Shown here: positions 48,867 through 58,397 of the stretch, in pieces
Layout of the letters: the number at the start of each line of letters is the position of its first letter
Numbering within the stretch: position 1 is the stretch's first letter
DNA from: a virus
Lineage: Duplodnaviria; Caudoviricetes
DNA: 59,506 bases
Reading direction: 5' to 3' (one strand)
Virus record (IMG/VR): IMGVR_UViG_3300005758_000046
Span: 1-59,506 of that record
Notes under the pieces: model-generated
What the model was told of the DNA's origin: nothing
The model's input: the letters and a program-made list of their open reading frames with translations, nothing else
Database searches by the model: none
Position numbers and translations under genes: made by a program

Positions 48867-51401
48867 ATGACAATTAAATATTTTAACGTAAAACAAGGTA
48901 TTACTACTGGTAATATCGTTATAGACGCGGCATCAGGCAATATATCTAATATTGGTAACATAACTTTATTAGGAGCTACTACTGCTAATTTAGGTAATTT
49001 AACTATATCTAATTACTTTCAAGGCGATGGTAGTTTACTATCTAGTTTAACTGGTGCTAATGTAACTGGGCAGGTTGGTAATGCATTAATTGCTGGCACG
49101 GTTTACACAAATGCACAACCTAATATTACTAGTTTAGGTACACTATCCTCTCTATCAGTGACGGGAACCACTACTAGTGGAAATGTTTATGCGAATTCAG
49201 GTACTATCGGTGCGTCATTGCTAACCGGTACGCTAACTACTGAGGCACAACCTAATATTACAAGTGTAGGTACTCTTTCTAGTCTAACTGTTGGAAACAG
49301 CACCGCTAACGTTCAAATTTCTGTAGGCATTAACGGTACATTAACCGCAACCGCTAATATTACCGCACCGTACTTTATAGGTAACGTTCAAGGTAACATC
49401 AGTGGTAACATTGTAGTTCCGGGAAACAATACCGCGGTACTATTTAATGATGGTGGTAACGCAGGTGCTAGTGATGCTTTCACATTCAACAAAGCTACTA
49501 ATGTTGCTACAATTAGTGGTAATTTAACAACAATTAATGCAAATTTAGGAAACTTAGTAGTAGCTAACTATTTCGAAGGAAATGGTTACTTATTAACTAG
49601 CGTAAATGGTAGTAACGTTTCCGGTGATGTAGCAGGAGCCAACCACGCGAACGTCGCTGATGTTGCAAACAGTGTGTCAGGTAGCAATGTTTCCGGTCAG
49701 GTAGCCAATGCATTAGTTGCAGGCACTGTTTACACAAATGCGCAACCTAATATTACTAGTGTTGGTACATTAACAAGTTTAGTAGTTACCGGAACAGCAA
49801 ATACAGGCGATGCATTAATAAGTGGTAACGCAACTATAACAGGTAATTTAACTGTTCAGGGTAATACAGTTTATGCTAATGTAGAAACATTAGTAGTAGA
49901 AGATCCTGTTATTGAATTAGGCGGTGGCCCTAATGGTGCACCATTAACTACCAATGACGGCAAAGACAGAGGAACATTACTTCATTATTATACTACTGCA
50001 CCAGTAGATGCATTTATGGGTTGGGATAACTCAAACGGTGAGTTTGCGTTTGCTAGTAACGTAACTAACACCAATGAGGTAATGACCTTTAACAGTTATG
50101 GTAATGTCCGTGCAGAATACTTTTTAGGTAACGGTAGTCTCTTAACTGGGGTTGCGTCATCTAATACGGCAATTACAGTTACTGGAAACGATCAGCCAAA
50201 CATTACTAGTCTTGGAACATTATCTACTTTAAGTGTTTCGGGTAATGTTACTTCAGGTAATGCAAGTTTAGGTAATTTAGTTACTGCAAACTACATTAGC
50301 GGCGACGGAAGTTTATTAACAAATATCACAGGTGGAAATGTTACTGGGCAGGTAGGTAATGCATTAATTGCAGGCACTGTTTATACAAATGCGCAACCCA
50401 ATATTACTAGTGTAGGTACATTAAGTAACTTATCTGTTACTGGAAACGTGACGGCTGGTAATGTATTAACAAACAATTTATTATATGCAAACGGACAGCC
50501 TTATGATATCGTAACAGACCCTGCAGGCGCAAACACACAGGTTCAATTTAATGACAACGGGGTGTTTGGTGCAGTTGCAAACTTTACCTTTAACAAAGCA
50601 ACTGATACTTTATTTGCTACGAATATTTCAGGTAATGGTTCTGGATTATCCAGTATCACCGGTGCTAACGTAACGGGTCAAGTAGGAAACGCATTAGTTG
50701 CGGGCACTGTTTATACGAATGCACAACCCAATATTACTAGTGTAGGTACATTAAGTAGCTTAACTGTTTCCGGATTGATAACAGCAACCGGCACTGGCAT
50801 AAAAACAGCTAACATTTATGACAGCACATCGACTCTTACTATCGAAACTAGATACGGTAATGTAGCAGGTGATGCGGGTATATATGGAAACTTAACCGTC
50901 GGTACAAGTGGAACCGGAAACATTACAGCATACAATGCTAATTTGGGCAATTTAGTAGTTGGCAACTTCATACAAGGAACACTAACTACAGGTGCACAGC
51001 CTAATATTACAAGTGTCGGAACTCTCACGTCGTTAAACGTTAGTGGAAATACGACTACCGGAAATCTTCGTCTGAATGGTGGATTAACGAGCAACAGAAG
51101 TAATGTAAGTGTTTCTACCAATACAGTCATTGATCAGTTTAGTCCAAGTACTTATAGAACGGCAAAATATATTATTAGTGCAAGTGGAGATGATGGATTC
51201 CAATCAGTTGAAACATTGCTAGTCCATGATGGTACTAATTCATACATAACAATTTATGGTAGCATATGCAGTAATAATACCGCAGATATTATCGATTTGT
51301 CTAGTAATATCAATGGGGTATCTGGAAATGTGAGTGTATACGCGACATCTAGTAGTGCTAATGCAAAGGTAAACGTGGTTGTAACTTATATAAACACGTA
51401 A
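48867..51401 (+). CDS. Repetitive fibre-like virion protein (844 aa)
   Basis: Same repeat families; C-terminal YRTAKY domain paralogous to that of the upstream gene. Confidence 0.7.
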   Translation: MTIKYFNVKQGITTGNIVIDAASGNISNIGNITLLGATTANLGNLTISNYFQGDGSLLSSLTGANVTGQVGNALIAGTVYTNAQPNITSLGTLSSLSVTGTTTSGNVYANSGTIGASLLTGTLTTEAQPNITSVGTLSSLTVGNSTANVQISVGINGTLTATANITAPYFIGNVQGNISGNIVVPGNNTAVLFNDGGNAGASDAFTFNKATNVATISGNLTTINANLGNLVVANYFEGNGYLLTSVNGSNVSGDVAGANHANVADVANSVSGSNVSGQVANALVAGTVYTNAQPNITSVGTLTSLVVTGTANTGDALISGNATITGNLTVQGNTVYANVETLVVEDPVIELGGGPNGAPLTTNDGKDRGTLLHYYTTAPVDAFMGWDNSNGEFAFASNVTNTNEVMTFNSYGNVRAEYFLGNGSLLTGVASSNTAITVTGNDQPNITSLGTLSTLSVSGNVTSGNASLGNLVTANYISGDGSLLTNITGGNVTGQVGNALIAGTVYTNAQPNITSVGTLSNLSVTGNVTAGNVLTNNLLYANGQPYDIVTDPAGANTQVQFNDNGVFGAVANFTFNKATDTLFATNISGNGSGLSSITGANVTGQVGNALVAGTVYTNAQPNITSVGTLSSLTVSGLITATGTGIKTANIYDSTSTLTIETRYGNVAGDAGIYGNLTVGTSGTGNITAYNANLGNLVVGNFIQGTLTTGAQPNITSVGTLTSLNVSGNTTTGNLRLNGGLTSNRSNVSVSTNTVIDQFSPSTYRTAKYIISASGDDGFQSVETLLVHDGTNSYITIYGSICSNNTADIIDLSSNINGVSGNVSVYATSSSANAKVNVVVTYINT

Positions 51402-51432
51402 TTTAGCGTTAGCTAAATAACAATTTGAGAAT

Positions 51433-51451
51433 ACAGGGATAATGGAACTGT
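51433..51451 (+). promoter_or_regulatory. Hairpin overlapping the RBS and GTG start, downstream of late box GCTAAATA (51412-51419)
   Basis: ACAG-GGATAATGGAA-CTGT pairs with the first bases of the GTG codon. Confidence 0.35.
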
Positions 51452-52661
51452 GACATTTAAGTATTTTAACGTTAAGAACGGCTTAACGACCGGCAATATT
51501 ACTTTAAATTCAAGTAATAGCAATGTAACGGCAAATTATTTTAGTGGCACAGGAGCTGTATTAAGTGGTAACGTAACCGCCAACTACTTTATAGGAGATG
51601 GCGGTTTTTTATCCAATCTAAGTGTATCTACTGGTAATTCGCTAGTTAATGGCAATAGTAATGTTTCTGTTTCTGCTAATGGAAATGTATCAATAAGCGT
51701 TGCTGGCACTGCAAATGTGGCAGAATTTACATCTAGTAATATGTTTATTACCGGAAATATAATACCGGCGGCCAACGTTACATATGATTTAGGAAATAAT
51801 ACTCGTAGATTTAAAGATTTATATTTAAGTGGCAACACATTACAAATAGGCGGCGGGACAATTACCATTGACGCTAATTCTATGGTGTTGACTAACCCGC
51901 AAGGCGGTACCTTTGTAATAGACGGAAGTAATGCCGCTTTTGCTAGTCTAGCTAGTTATGTAACAGAAGGCAATCAATCTAATATTACTAGTGTAGGCAC
52001 GTTATCTAATTTAACAGTATCGGGTAATGTATCTTTTACGGGTAACAATGTAAGTTTAGGAAGTGTTGCCAATCTAAAAATACAAGGAGGATCCAGTAAT
52101 CAATTCTTGCAAACAGATGGTACTGGAAATCTAACGTGGGCTACTGCAAGTACCGGTAACTTAGTTAACACTATTACGGTTGATACCTTTACTGGGAACG
52201 GCAGTCAAACCTCGTTTACATTAAGTGTTTCCCCGTCAAGTGTCAATGACACCACCGTTAATTATAACGGCGTTACTTTACTACGTCAGTCATATACTAT
52301 ATCTGGTGCAAATATTATTTTTGACAGTGCCCCAGCAAATGGATCACAACTTGAAGTAACTACGGTACAACTAGCTGCTTCGGGTCCCGGAAGTTTTACA
52401 ACTCGGACGTTTACTGGAAATGGCTCACAAACTAATTACACTGTTACATCAGGATGTACTGCTAGCAGCGTGGTGGTTGCATTAGACGGTGTCATGCAGG
52501 TTCCCCTGACGGATTACACAGTAGACGGAACCACATTGACATTCGCCGAAGCTCCTGCAAATGGAGTTTCAATACAGATTAGAGAATTAGGAGTAGCAAC
52601 ATCGCTTACTTCAGTGACCACAGGAAAATCTATTGCTATGGCAATAGTTTTCGGGTTTTAA
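51450..52661 (+). CDS. Fibre-like virion protein with two FTGNGSQT small beta-domains
   Basis: GTG start; FKYFNVKNGLTTGNI paralogous to 48867; C-terminus TTGKSIAMAIVFGF. Confidence 0.65.
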   Translation: MTFKYFNVKNGLTTGNITLNSSNSNVTANYFSGTGAVLSGNVTANYFIGDGGFLSNLSVSTGNSLVNGNSNVSVSANGNVSISVAGTANVAEFTSSNMFITGNIIPAANVTYDLGNNTRRFKDLYLSGNTLQIGGGTITIDANSMVLTNPQGGTFVIDGSNAAFASLASYVTEGNQSNITSVGTLSNLTVSGNVSFTGNNVSLGSVANLKIQGGSSNQFLQTDGTGNLTWATASTGNLVNTITVDTFTGNGSQTSFTLSVSPSSVNDTTVNYNGVTLLRQSYTISGANIIFDSAPANGSQLEVTTVQLAASGPGSFTTRTFTGNGSQTNYTVTSGCTASSVVVALDGVMQVPLTDYTVDGTTLTFAEAPANGVSIQIRELGVATSLTSVTTGKSIAMAIVFGF

Positions 52662-52670
52662 GGAAAGAAC

Positions 52671-53030
52671 ATGGCAAATCCAAATATAGTAAACGTAACA
52701 ACAATTAATGGCAACACTGCGGTTCAAAACATAACTACAACACCTACAGCCATTGTTACTAATTCTGCGGCTAGCGGAAAAATATACAAGGTGAACGTAT
52801 TAGTAGTATCTAATATAGACACATCAAACTCGGCTACGTTAACTGTAGACTTATTCAGAAGCAGCTCAGCATATCCTATTATTAATAATATTACGGTTTC
52901 TATTAATACCGCATATACACCTATTGATAAAACACTGTGCTTATATCTCTTAGAGGGTGACAGTATTAGATTAACTGCCAACGCAAATAGTAGATTAACC
53001 GCAGTTTGTAGTTGGGAGGAAATAAGCTAA
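52671..53030 (+). CDS. Small structural/adaptor protein, paralog of 58040-58396
   Basis: MANPNIVNV..LYLLEGDSIR..SWEEIS. Confidence 0.6.
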   Translation: MANPNIVNVTTINGNTAVQNITTTPTAIVTNSAASGKIYKVNVLVVSNIDTSNSATLTVDLFRSSSAYPIINNITVSINTAYTPIDKTLCLYLLEGDSIRLTANANSRLTAVCSWEEIS

Positions 53031-53984
53031 ATGTTTAACAGCGGGTTAAGAGGAAAAAGAGCTCCGGATAATTTTGGTACAGTTTCTTCTCAAACACAGT
53101 TTGTGCAGCAAGAGTCACCTCGCCCTAACATAACTAGCTGGACTCACGTGGCACTAGTTAGATCCGGCACCGGATCAAACCAAACAATGTGGTACATAAA
53201 CGGAACACTCTCCGGTACGTGGACTTATAGCGTAAATGTTAACGAAAACTCTTCACTGTTTATTGGCGGAAGCAGTGGATCACTATCGTTAAATGCTTAT
53301 TTGTCAAATTTGAGATTTGTTATTGGAACAGTATTATATAGTTCTTCGTTTAGTCCACCTGTCGCCCCGCTAGATCCAATAGCAAATACAGTGTTATTAT
53401 TAAATGGTTCTAATTGTGGAATTATAGATTATACAAGTAAAAACAATTTAGAAACAGTGGGCAATATTCGAATACGAAATGATATCAAAAAGTACGGTGC
53501 CGGATCTATATTTTTCGATGGGAATTCATCATTAGTCTCGATAAATTCAACTACGCTATCTTTTGGAACAGCGGACTTTACGGTAGAATTTTGGATTTAT
53601 CCATTAGCCGGCGGAACAGTTCGATATGTATGCGGTAGCGTTGGTGCAACTGATAATTTTTTAGTTTATCTGTTCAATGGTACGGAACTTTCAGTTCTTA
53701 TTAATGGTTCAGTAATTAATCCATCTGCATCCGTAACATTAAATGCATGGAGTCATGTCGCAGTAACACGAGCCAATGCAGTTGTGCGTATATTTTTAAA
53801 TGGAAATCAAATTGGATCTGGAACTAATAGTGGGTCAATTACTGCTACTAGGGTTACTATCGGCAATGGAGTGCAATTCACAGGACCATTTAATGGATAT
53901 ATGGATGATCTGCGCATTACTCAAGGTACAGCAAGATATACTAGTAATTTTACTCCGCCCACTAGCGCATTCATAACATTTTAA
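53031..53984 (+). CDS. Concanavalin A-like lectin/LamG-domain protein (putative receptor binding)
   Basis: DFTVEFWIY, WSHVAVTR, FNGYMDDLRIT..ARYTSNFTPPT motifs. Confidence 0.75.
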   Translation: MFNSGLRGKRAPDNFGTVSSQTQFVQQESPRPNITSWTHVALVRSGTGSNQTMWYINGTLSGTWTYSVNVNENSSLFIGGSSGSLSLNAYLSNLRFVIGTVLYSSSFSPPVAPLDPIANTVLLLNGSNCGIIDYTSKNNLETVGNIRIRNDIKKYGAGSIFFDGNSSLVSINSTTLSFGTADFTVEFWIYPLAGGTVRYVCGSVGATDNFLVYLFNGTELSVLINGSVINPSASVTLNAWSHVAVTRANAVVRIFLNGNQIGSGTNSGSITATRVTIGNGVQFTGPFNGYMDDLRITQGTARYTSNFTPPTSAFITF

Positions 53985-53995
53985 GAGAGAAAAAA

Positions 53996-54358
53996 ATGGC
54001 ACATTTTGCAAAATTAAATGAAAATAATATAGTATTAGAAGTTCACGTAGTACATAACAATGAGTTGCTTGACGAGAATGGTCAAGAAAGCGAACAAAAA
54101 GGAATCGATTTTCTAACGAGTTGGTCAGGTGGATACACTAACTGGAAACAAACAAGTTACAATGGTAATTTTAGAAAAAACTACGCAGGAATAGGTTATA
54201 CTTATGATAGTGTACGTGATGCATTTATACCGCCTAAGCCATTCAACAGTTGGACGTTGAATGAGAATACCTGCCTGTGGGAAAGTCCGGTTATGTATCC
54301 AACCGACGGAAATGCTTATAGTTGGAATGAAAGTACATTGAGTTGGGATAAAATTTAA
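53996..54358 (+). CDS. Hypothetical phage protein associated with fibre-tip genes
   Basis: MAHFAKL..WKQTSYNGNFRKNYAGIGYTYD..DAFIPPKPF.SW pattern. Confidence 0.65.
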   Translation: MAHFAKLNENNIVLEVHVVHNNELLDENGQESEQKGIDFLTSWSGGYTNWKQTSYNGNFRKNYAGIGYTYDSVRDAFIPPKPFNSWTLNENTCLWESPVMYPTDGNAYSWNESTLSWDKI

Positions 54359-55248
54359 TGGGAATAGAAATTGGTTCAGGCATAACAATAGGATCTGGAA
54401 TACAAATAACAGATAGTAGTCCCACAACCGTTTCGGTTGAATACCTAATTGTAGCGGGCGGAGGTGGCGGCGGAGTAGGTGATAGTAGTTATTTCGCCGG
54501 CGGAGGCGGCGGCGCCGGCGGTATGCTCTCTAGTAATGCAACTTCTTTATCTATAGGAACAACATATACCATAACAGTCGGAGCCGGTGGATCAGGATCT
54601 ACTACTGCGGCTAGTAGAGGCAGTAATGGAAGTTCGTCATCTATAGATACTATAGCCACTGCAACCGGCGGTGGCGGTGGCGGATCAAGAAATACTGCTC
54701 CAATTGGTCAAGGGGCATCAGGTGGATCAGGCGGTGGTGCCGGCGGTAATGGCACAGGATTATCAGGCGGTGCCGGAATCGCAGGTCAAGGCAATAACGG
54801 TGGCAACTCAATATCGGATGGATTCCAATGCGGCGCCGGCGGTGGCGGCGCAGGGCAAGTAGGTCAACAGACGACCGGATCCGGTGGTTCTACCGCAGGA
54901 GGAAATGGGGGCAACGGACTTCAATGGCCTTCCGGTTCAGGTACCTTTTATGCAGGAGGCGGTGGCGGCGCCGGATATTTGTCCGGCACTGGCGGCAATG
55001 GCGGCGGAGGCCGAGGCCGCGGCACCAGCACTACTGGAGCTTCGGGTACTACTAACCGCGGCGGGGGAGGCGGTGCCGGCATTCTATTTTATTCTGAAAA
55101 TGGATGGGCAGGTGGATCAGGTGTAGTAATTATTAGATATTTGGATAGTTTTCCGGCAGCCTCTTCTACTACGGGAAGTCCAACCTACACAGTCTCAGGG
55201 GGATATAGAACATACACATTCAATGGTAATGGATCTATAACCTTCTAA
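54358..55248 (+). CDS. Glycine-rich domain virion protein (putative fibre tip/adhesin)
   Basis: VEYLIVAGGGGGG..YAGGGGG..GGSGVVIIRY. Confidence 0.7.
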   Translation: MGIEIGSGITIGSGIQITDSSPTTVSVEYLIVAGGGGGGVGDSSYFAGGGGGAGGMLSSNATSLSIGTTYTITVGAGGSGSTTAASRGSNGSSSSIDTIATATGGGGGGSRNTAPIGQGASGGSGGGAGGNGTGLSGGAGIAGQGNNGGNSISDGFQCGAGGGGAGQVGQQTTGSGGSTAGGNGGNGLQWPSGSGTFYAGGGGGAGYLSGTGGNGGGGRGRGTSTTGASGTTNRGGGGGAGILFYSENGWAGGSGVVIIRYLDSFPAASSTTGSPTYTVSGGYRTYTFNGNGSITF

Positions 55249-55278
55249 AAGCTAAATACTACTATAACAAAAAATATT

Positions 55279-58038
55279 ATGGCAATTACATTATTACAAC
55301 CTTTTAACTTAGATACGTCGGGTAATTATACTTTCAACACCCTTACGGCTAATATTAAAACAGATAACTTAATGTATGCTAACGGTAGTCCATATGTTTT
55401 TAGTGGTATTCCAGCCGGATCTAACACGCAAATACAATTCAATGACTCTAATGTATTTGGTGCCAGTAATGCCTTTACCTTTAATAAATCTACTAATACA
55501 TTATTAATTGCGGGAAATATTACTAGTAGTAATGCGAATTTAGGAAATTTGGCAATTGCTAATTTTCTTAGTGGAACTCTGATTGTATCTAACCAGCCAA
55601 ACATAACTAGTGTGGGTACATTAACTAGTGTATCAGTAACCGGTAACGTCAGTGCCGGCAATATACTAACAAATAACTTGTTATATGCAAATGGAAGTCC
55701 TTGGAATTTAGGGGGTGCTTACTCTAATACAAATGTGGCAGCTTATTTGCCCACACATACAGGTAATGTAAGTGCTAATTTTTTCATAGGTAACGGCAGT
55801 CAACTGACAGGCATATCTGCAACGGTCGCACAAACAGTTAGTAATGCTGCGCAACCAAATATAACCAGTACTGGAACTTTAAGTAGTTTGACCGTTTCCG
55901 GATTGATAACAGCAACTGGCACTGGAGTAAGAACAGCTAATATTTTTGATAGTACCGGTACGTTAACTATAGAAACTAGATATAGTAATAAAGTAGGTGA
56001 CGTTGGTGTCTACGGAAATCTAGTTGTAGGAACAAGCGGTACTGGTAATATTACGGCATTCAACGCTAATTTAGGCAATTTAGTAATAGGTAATTTTTTA
56101 CAAGGAACGTTAACTACAGGATCACAGCCTAATATTACCAGTATAGGTACGTTAGTTAGCCTAGCAGTTTCATCAAACATAACTTCGGGTAATGCAAGTT
56201 TAGGTAATTTAGTTACTGCTAATTTTTTTAGTGGAAATGGGTCACTGTTAAGTTCGATTACTGCGTCCAACATATTAGGACAAGTGAGTAATGCATTAGT
56301 ATCGAGCACGGTTTATACTGCGGCTCAGCCTAATATTACCAGCTTAGGAACATTGTCTAGCATTACAGTAAGTGCCAACACGACAACTGGGAATTTATTA
56401 ACAAACAATTTATTATATGCAAATGGTGCGCCGTGGAATTTAGGCGGTGTCTATTCAAACACTAACGTAGCTGCCTATCTGCCCACATATACAGGTAATG
56501 TAAGTGCAGGCAACGCTAACTTAGGCAATGCAGTAACTGCAAATTTCTTTATAGGTAATGGAAGTTTATTAACTGGAATATCAGGAACGTACGGCAACAC
56601 TAATGTAGCAAATTATTTGCCGACGTATACCGGTAATTTTACAGCAAATAATATTTCTGTATCGAATGCCATAACAGCAAATACAATTTCAACTTCGGGT
56701 TCGTCGGGTAATATAACCGGAGCAAATTACATCATTGCTAATTTGTTCAGTGGTAATGGATCTTTACTAAGTTCAATAACCGGTGGCAATGTAACTGGTC
56801 AAGTAGGAAATGCATTAGTTGCAGGTACCGTATACACAAATGCCCAACCAAATATAACTAGTGTAGGTACGCTAACAAGTCTAACAGTAACTAGTAACGT
56901 CAGTGCCGGCAATATACTAACAAATAACTTGTTATATGCAAATGGAAGTCCTTGGAATTTAGGGGGAGTTTATTCAAACACTAATGTAGCTGCCTATCTA
57001 CCGACGCATACTGGTAATGTGAATGCTAATTTCTTCATAGGTAACGGCAGTTTATTAACAGGAATTACAGGAACATATAGTAATGCTAATGTGGCAAATT
57101 ATTTGCCCACACATACCGGAAACGTTGCAGCAAATAATATTTCTGTATCAAATGCACTTACTGCCGGATCCATAACAACTACCGGAGTATCAGGTAATAT
57201 CAGTGGTGCAAACTATGTAATCGCTAATTTGTTCAGTGGTAATGGATCTTTACTAAGTTCAATAACCGGTGGCAACGTAACCGGTCAAGTAGCTAATGCA
57301 TTAGTTGCGGGAACTGTCTATACGAATTCTCAACCAAATATAACTAGTGTAGGTACATTGGCGAATTTAACTGTTTCAGGTAATGCACAGTTTAACGGGG
57401 CTAACACTTATTTTAGTAATATATCTAATGTAAAAATACCAGGCGGAAGTGCTAATTTTGTAATAACAACAGACGGCACTGGCAATTTAAGTTGGGCAGC
57501 ACAATCGGGTAGTGGAAGTGGATCTCCGGGCGGCACCGACACACAAATGCAGTTCAACGATTCGGGAACCTTTGCAGGTGCGGCTAATGTAACATACAAT
57601 AAAACCACAAACACCTTTAGCGTAACCGGAAATGCATCCTTTACCGGAGCTAATGTAAGTTTGGGGAATGTATCAAATTTACGCATTCAGGGCGGGTCAG
57701 CAAATCAATTTTTATCAACAAACGGCTCCGGACAGCTAAGTTGGGCAACAGTAAATTCAGCAAATATAGTAGTTGATTCGTTTACTGCCAATGGTACTAC
57801 TAGTTCCTTTACGTTGTCTACTACTCCCATAAACGAGTCTTACGTACTAGTTAATGTCAATGGAGTTTTTCAGTTTAGATCCGCATATAGTGTTGCAGGA
57901 AATGTGCTAACTTTGGGAAGTACTCCGGTTAATGGAAGTTTGGTAGAAGTGAGCACAATGAATGTCGGCGCCACTTCCGGCGGCGGAGGAACAGATAAAT
58001 CACTAGTGTATACTATGGGTATAATATTCGGAGGATAA
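55279..58038 (+). CDS. Repetitive fibre-like virion protein (919 aa)
   Basis: Late box GCTAAATA at 55251; YSNTNVAAYLPT and AQPNITS repeats; C-terminus YTMGIIFGG. Confidence 0.7.
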   Translation: MAITLLQPFNLDTSGNYTFNTLTANIKTDNLMYANGSPYVFSGIPAGSNTQIQFNDSNVFGASNAFTFNKSTNTLLIAGNITSSNANLGNLAIANFLSGTLIVSNQPNITSVGTLTSVSVTGNVSAGNILTNNLLYANGSPWNLGGAYSNTNVAAYLPTHTGNVSANFFIGNGSQLTGISATVAQTVSNAAQPNITSTGTLSSLTVSGLITATGTGVRTANIFDSTGTLTIETRYSNKVGDVGVYGNLVVGTSGTGNITAFNANLGNLVIGNFLQGTLTTGSQPNITSIGTLVSLAVSSNITSGNASLGNLVTANFFSGNGSLLSSITASNILGQVSNALVSSTVYTAAQPNITSLGTLSSITVSANTTTGNLLTNNLLYANGAPWNLGGVYSNTNVAAYLPTYTGNVSAGNANLGNAVTANFFIGNGSLLTGISGTYGNTNVANYLPTYTGNFTANNISVSNAITANTISTSGSSGNITGANYIIANLFSGNGSLLSSITGGNVTGQVGNALVAGTVYTNAQPNITSVGTLTSLTVTSNVSAGNILTNNLLYANGSPWNLGGVYSNTNVAAYLPTHTGNVNANFFIGNGSLLTGITGTYSNANVANYLPTHTGNVAANNISVSNALTAGSITTTGVSGNISGANYVIANLFSGNGSLLSSITGGNVTGQVANALVAGTVYTNSQPNITSVGTLANLTVSGNAQFNGANTYFSNISNVKIPGGSANFVITTDGTGNLSWAAQSGSGSGSPGGTDTQMQFNDSGTFAGAANVTYNKTTNTFSVTGNASFTGANVSLGNVSNLRIQGGSANQFLSTNGSGQLSWATVNSANIVVDSFTANGTTSSFTLSTTPINESYVLVNVNGVFQFRSAYSVAGNVLTLGSTPVNGSLVEVSTMNVGATSGGGGTDKSLVYTMGIIFGG
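55644..57275 (+). repeat. Identical 50-70-bp direct repeats inside the 919-aa fibre gene
   Basis: TAACGTCAGTGCCGGCAATATACTAACAAATAACTTGTTATATGCAAATGGAAGTCCTTGGAATTTAGGGGG at ~55644 and ~56895; GCTAATTTGTTCAGTGGTAATGGATCTTTACTAAGTTCAATAACCGGTGGCAA at ~56737 and ~57223. Confidence 0.8.
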
Positions 58039-58039
58039 T

Positions 58040-58396
58040 ATGGCAGCACCAAACACATTAAATTTAAGTAACGTAACATTAAGAACATCTTTAGCTGTGT
58101 TATCGACAGTTACAGGCAATATTATAACTAATAATGCAGCAAGCAATGTAGTAGATAAAATAAATGATATAATCATCTGTAATTATTCTGCTGCAACTAT
58201 TACAGCGAATGTAATGATAAATCGTAGTTCAACTACCTTTTTCTTAGCCGGAAATATAAGTGTTCCTGCAAATTCAACATTAGTTGTTTTGGGAAAAGAT
58301 ACTTCAATATATCTAGAAGAGGGCGATGTGTTACAGGCTAATGTCTCTGCAAATACATCAGCGCATATTTCAGCAGCATATGAATTGATAACATAA
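58040..58396 (+). CDS. Small structural/adaptor protein, paralog of 52671-53030
   Basis: MAAPNTLNL..IYLEEGDVLQ..AYELIT. Confidence 0.6.
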   Translation: MAAPNTLNLSNVTLRTSLAVLSTVTGNIITNNAASNVVDKINDIIICNYSAATITANVMINRSSTTFFLAGNISVPANSTLVVLGKDTSIYLEEGDVLQANVSANTSAHISAAYELIT

Positions 58397-58397
58397 C

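Noticed and set aside
41630-58038. CRISPR array or diversity-generating retroelement in the repeat-rich region
   Set aside because: The repeats are in-frame coding units with synonymous variation, not repeat-spacer arrays. No adenine-specific TR/VR pair or reverse transcriptase was seen.
40793-58088. Many minus-strand ORFs of 60-140 aa over the fibre genes
   Set aside because: They are shadow frames produced by the repetitive Asn/Thr/Gly codon pattern
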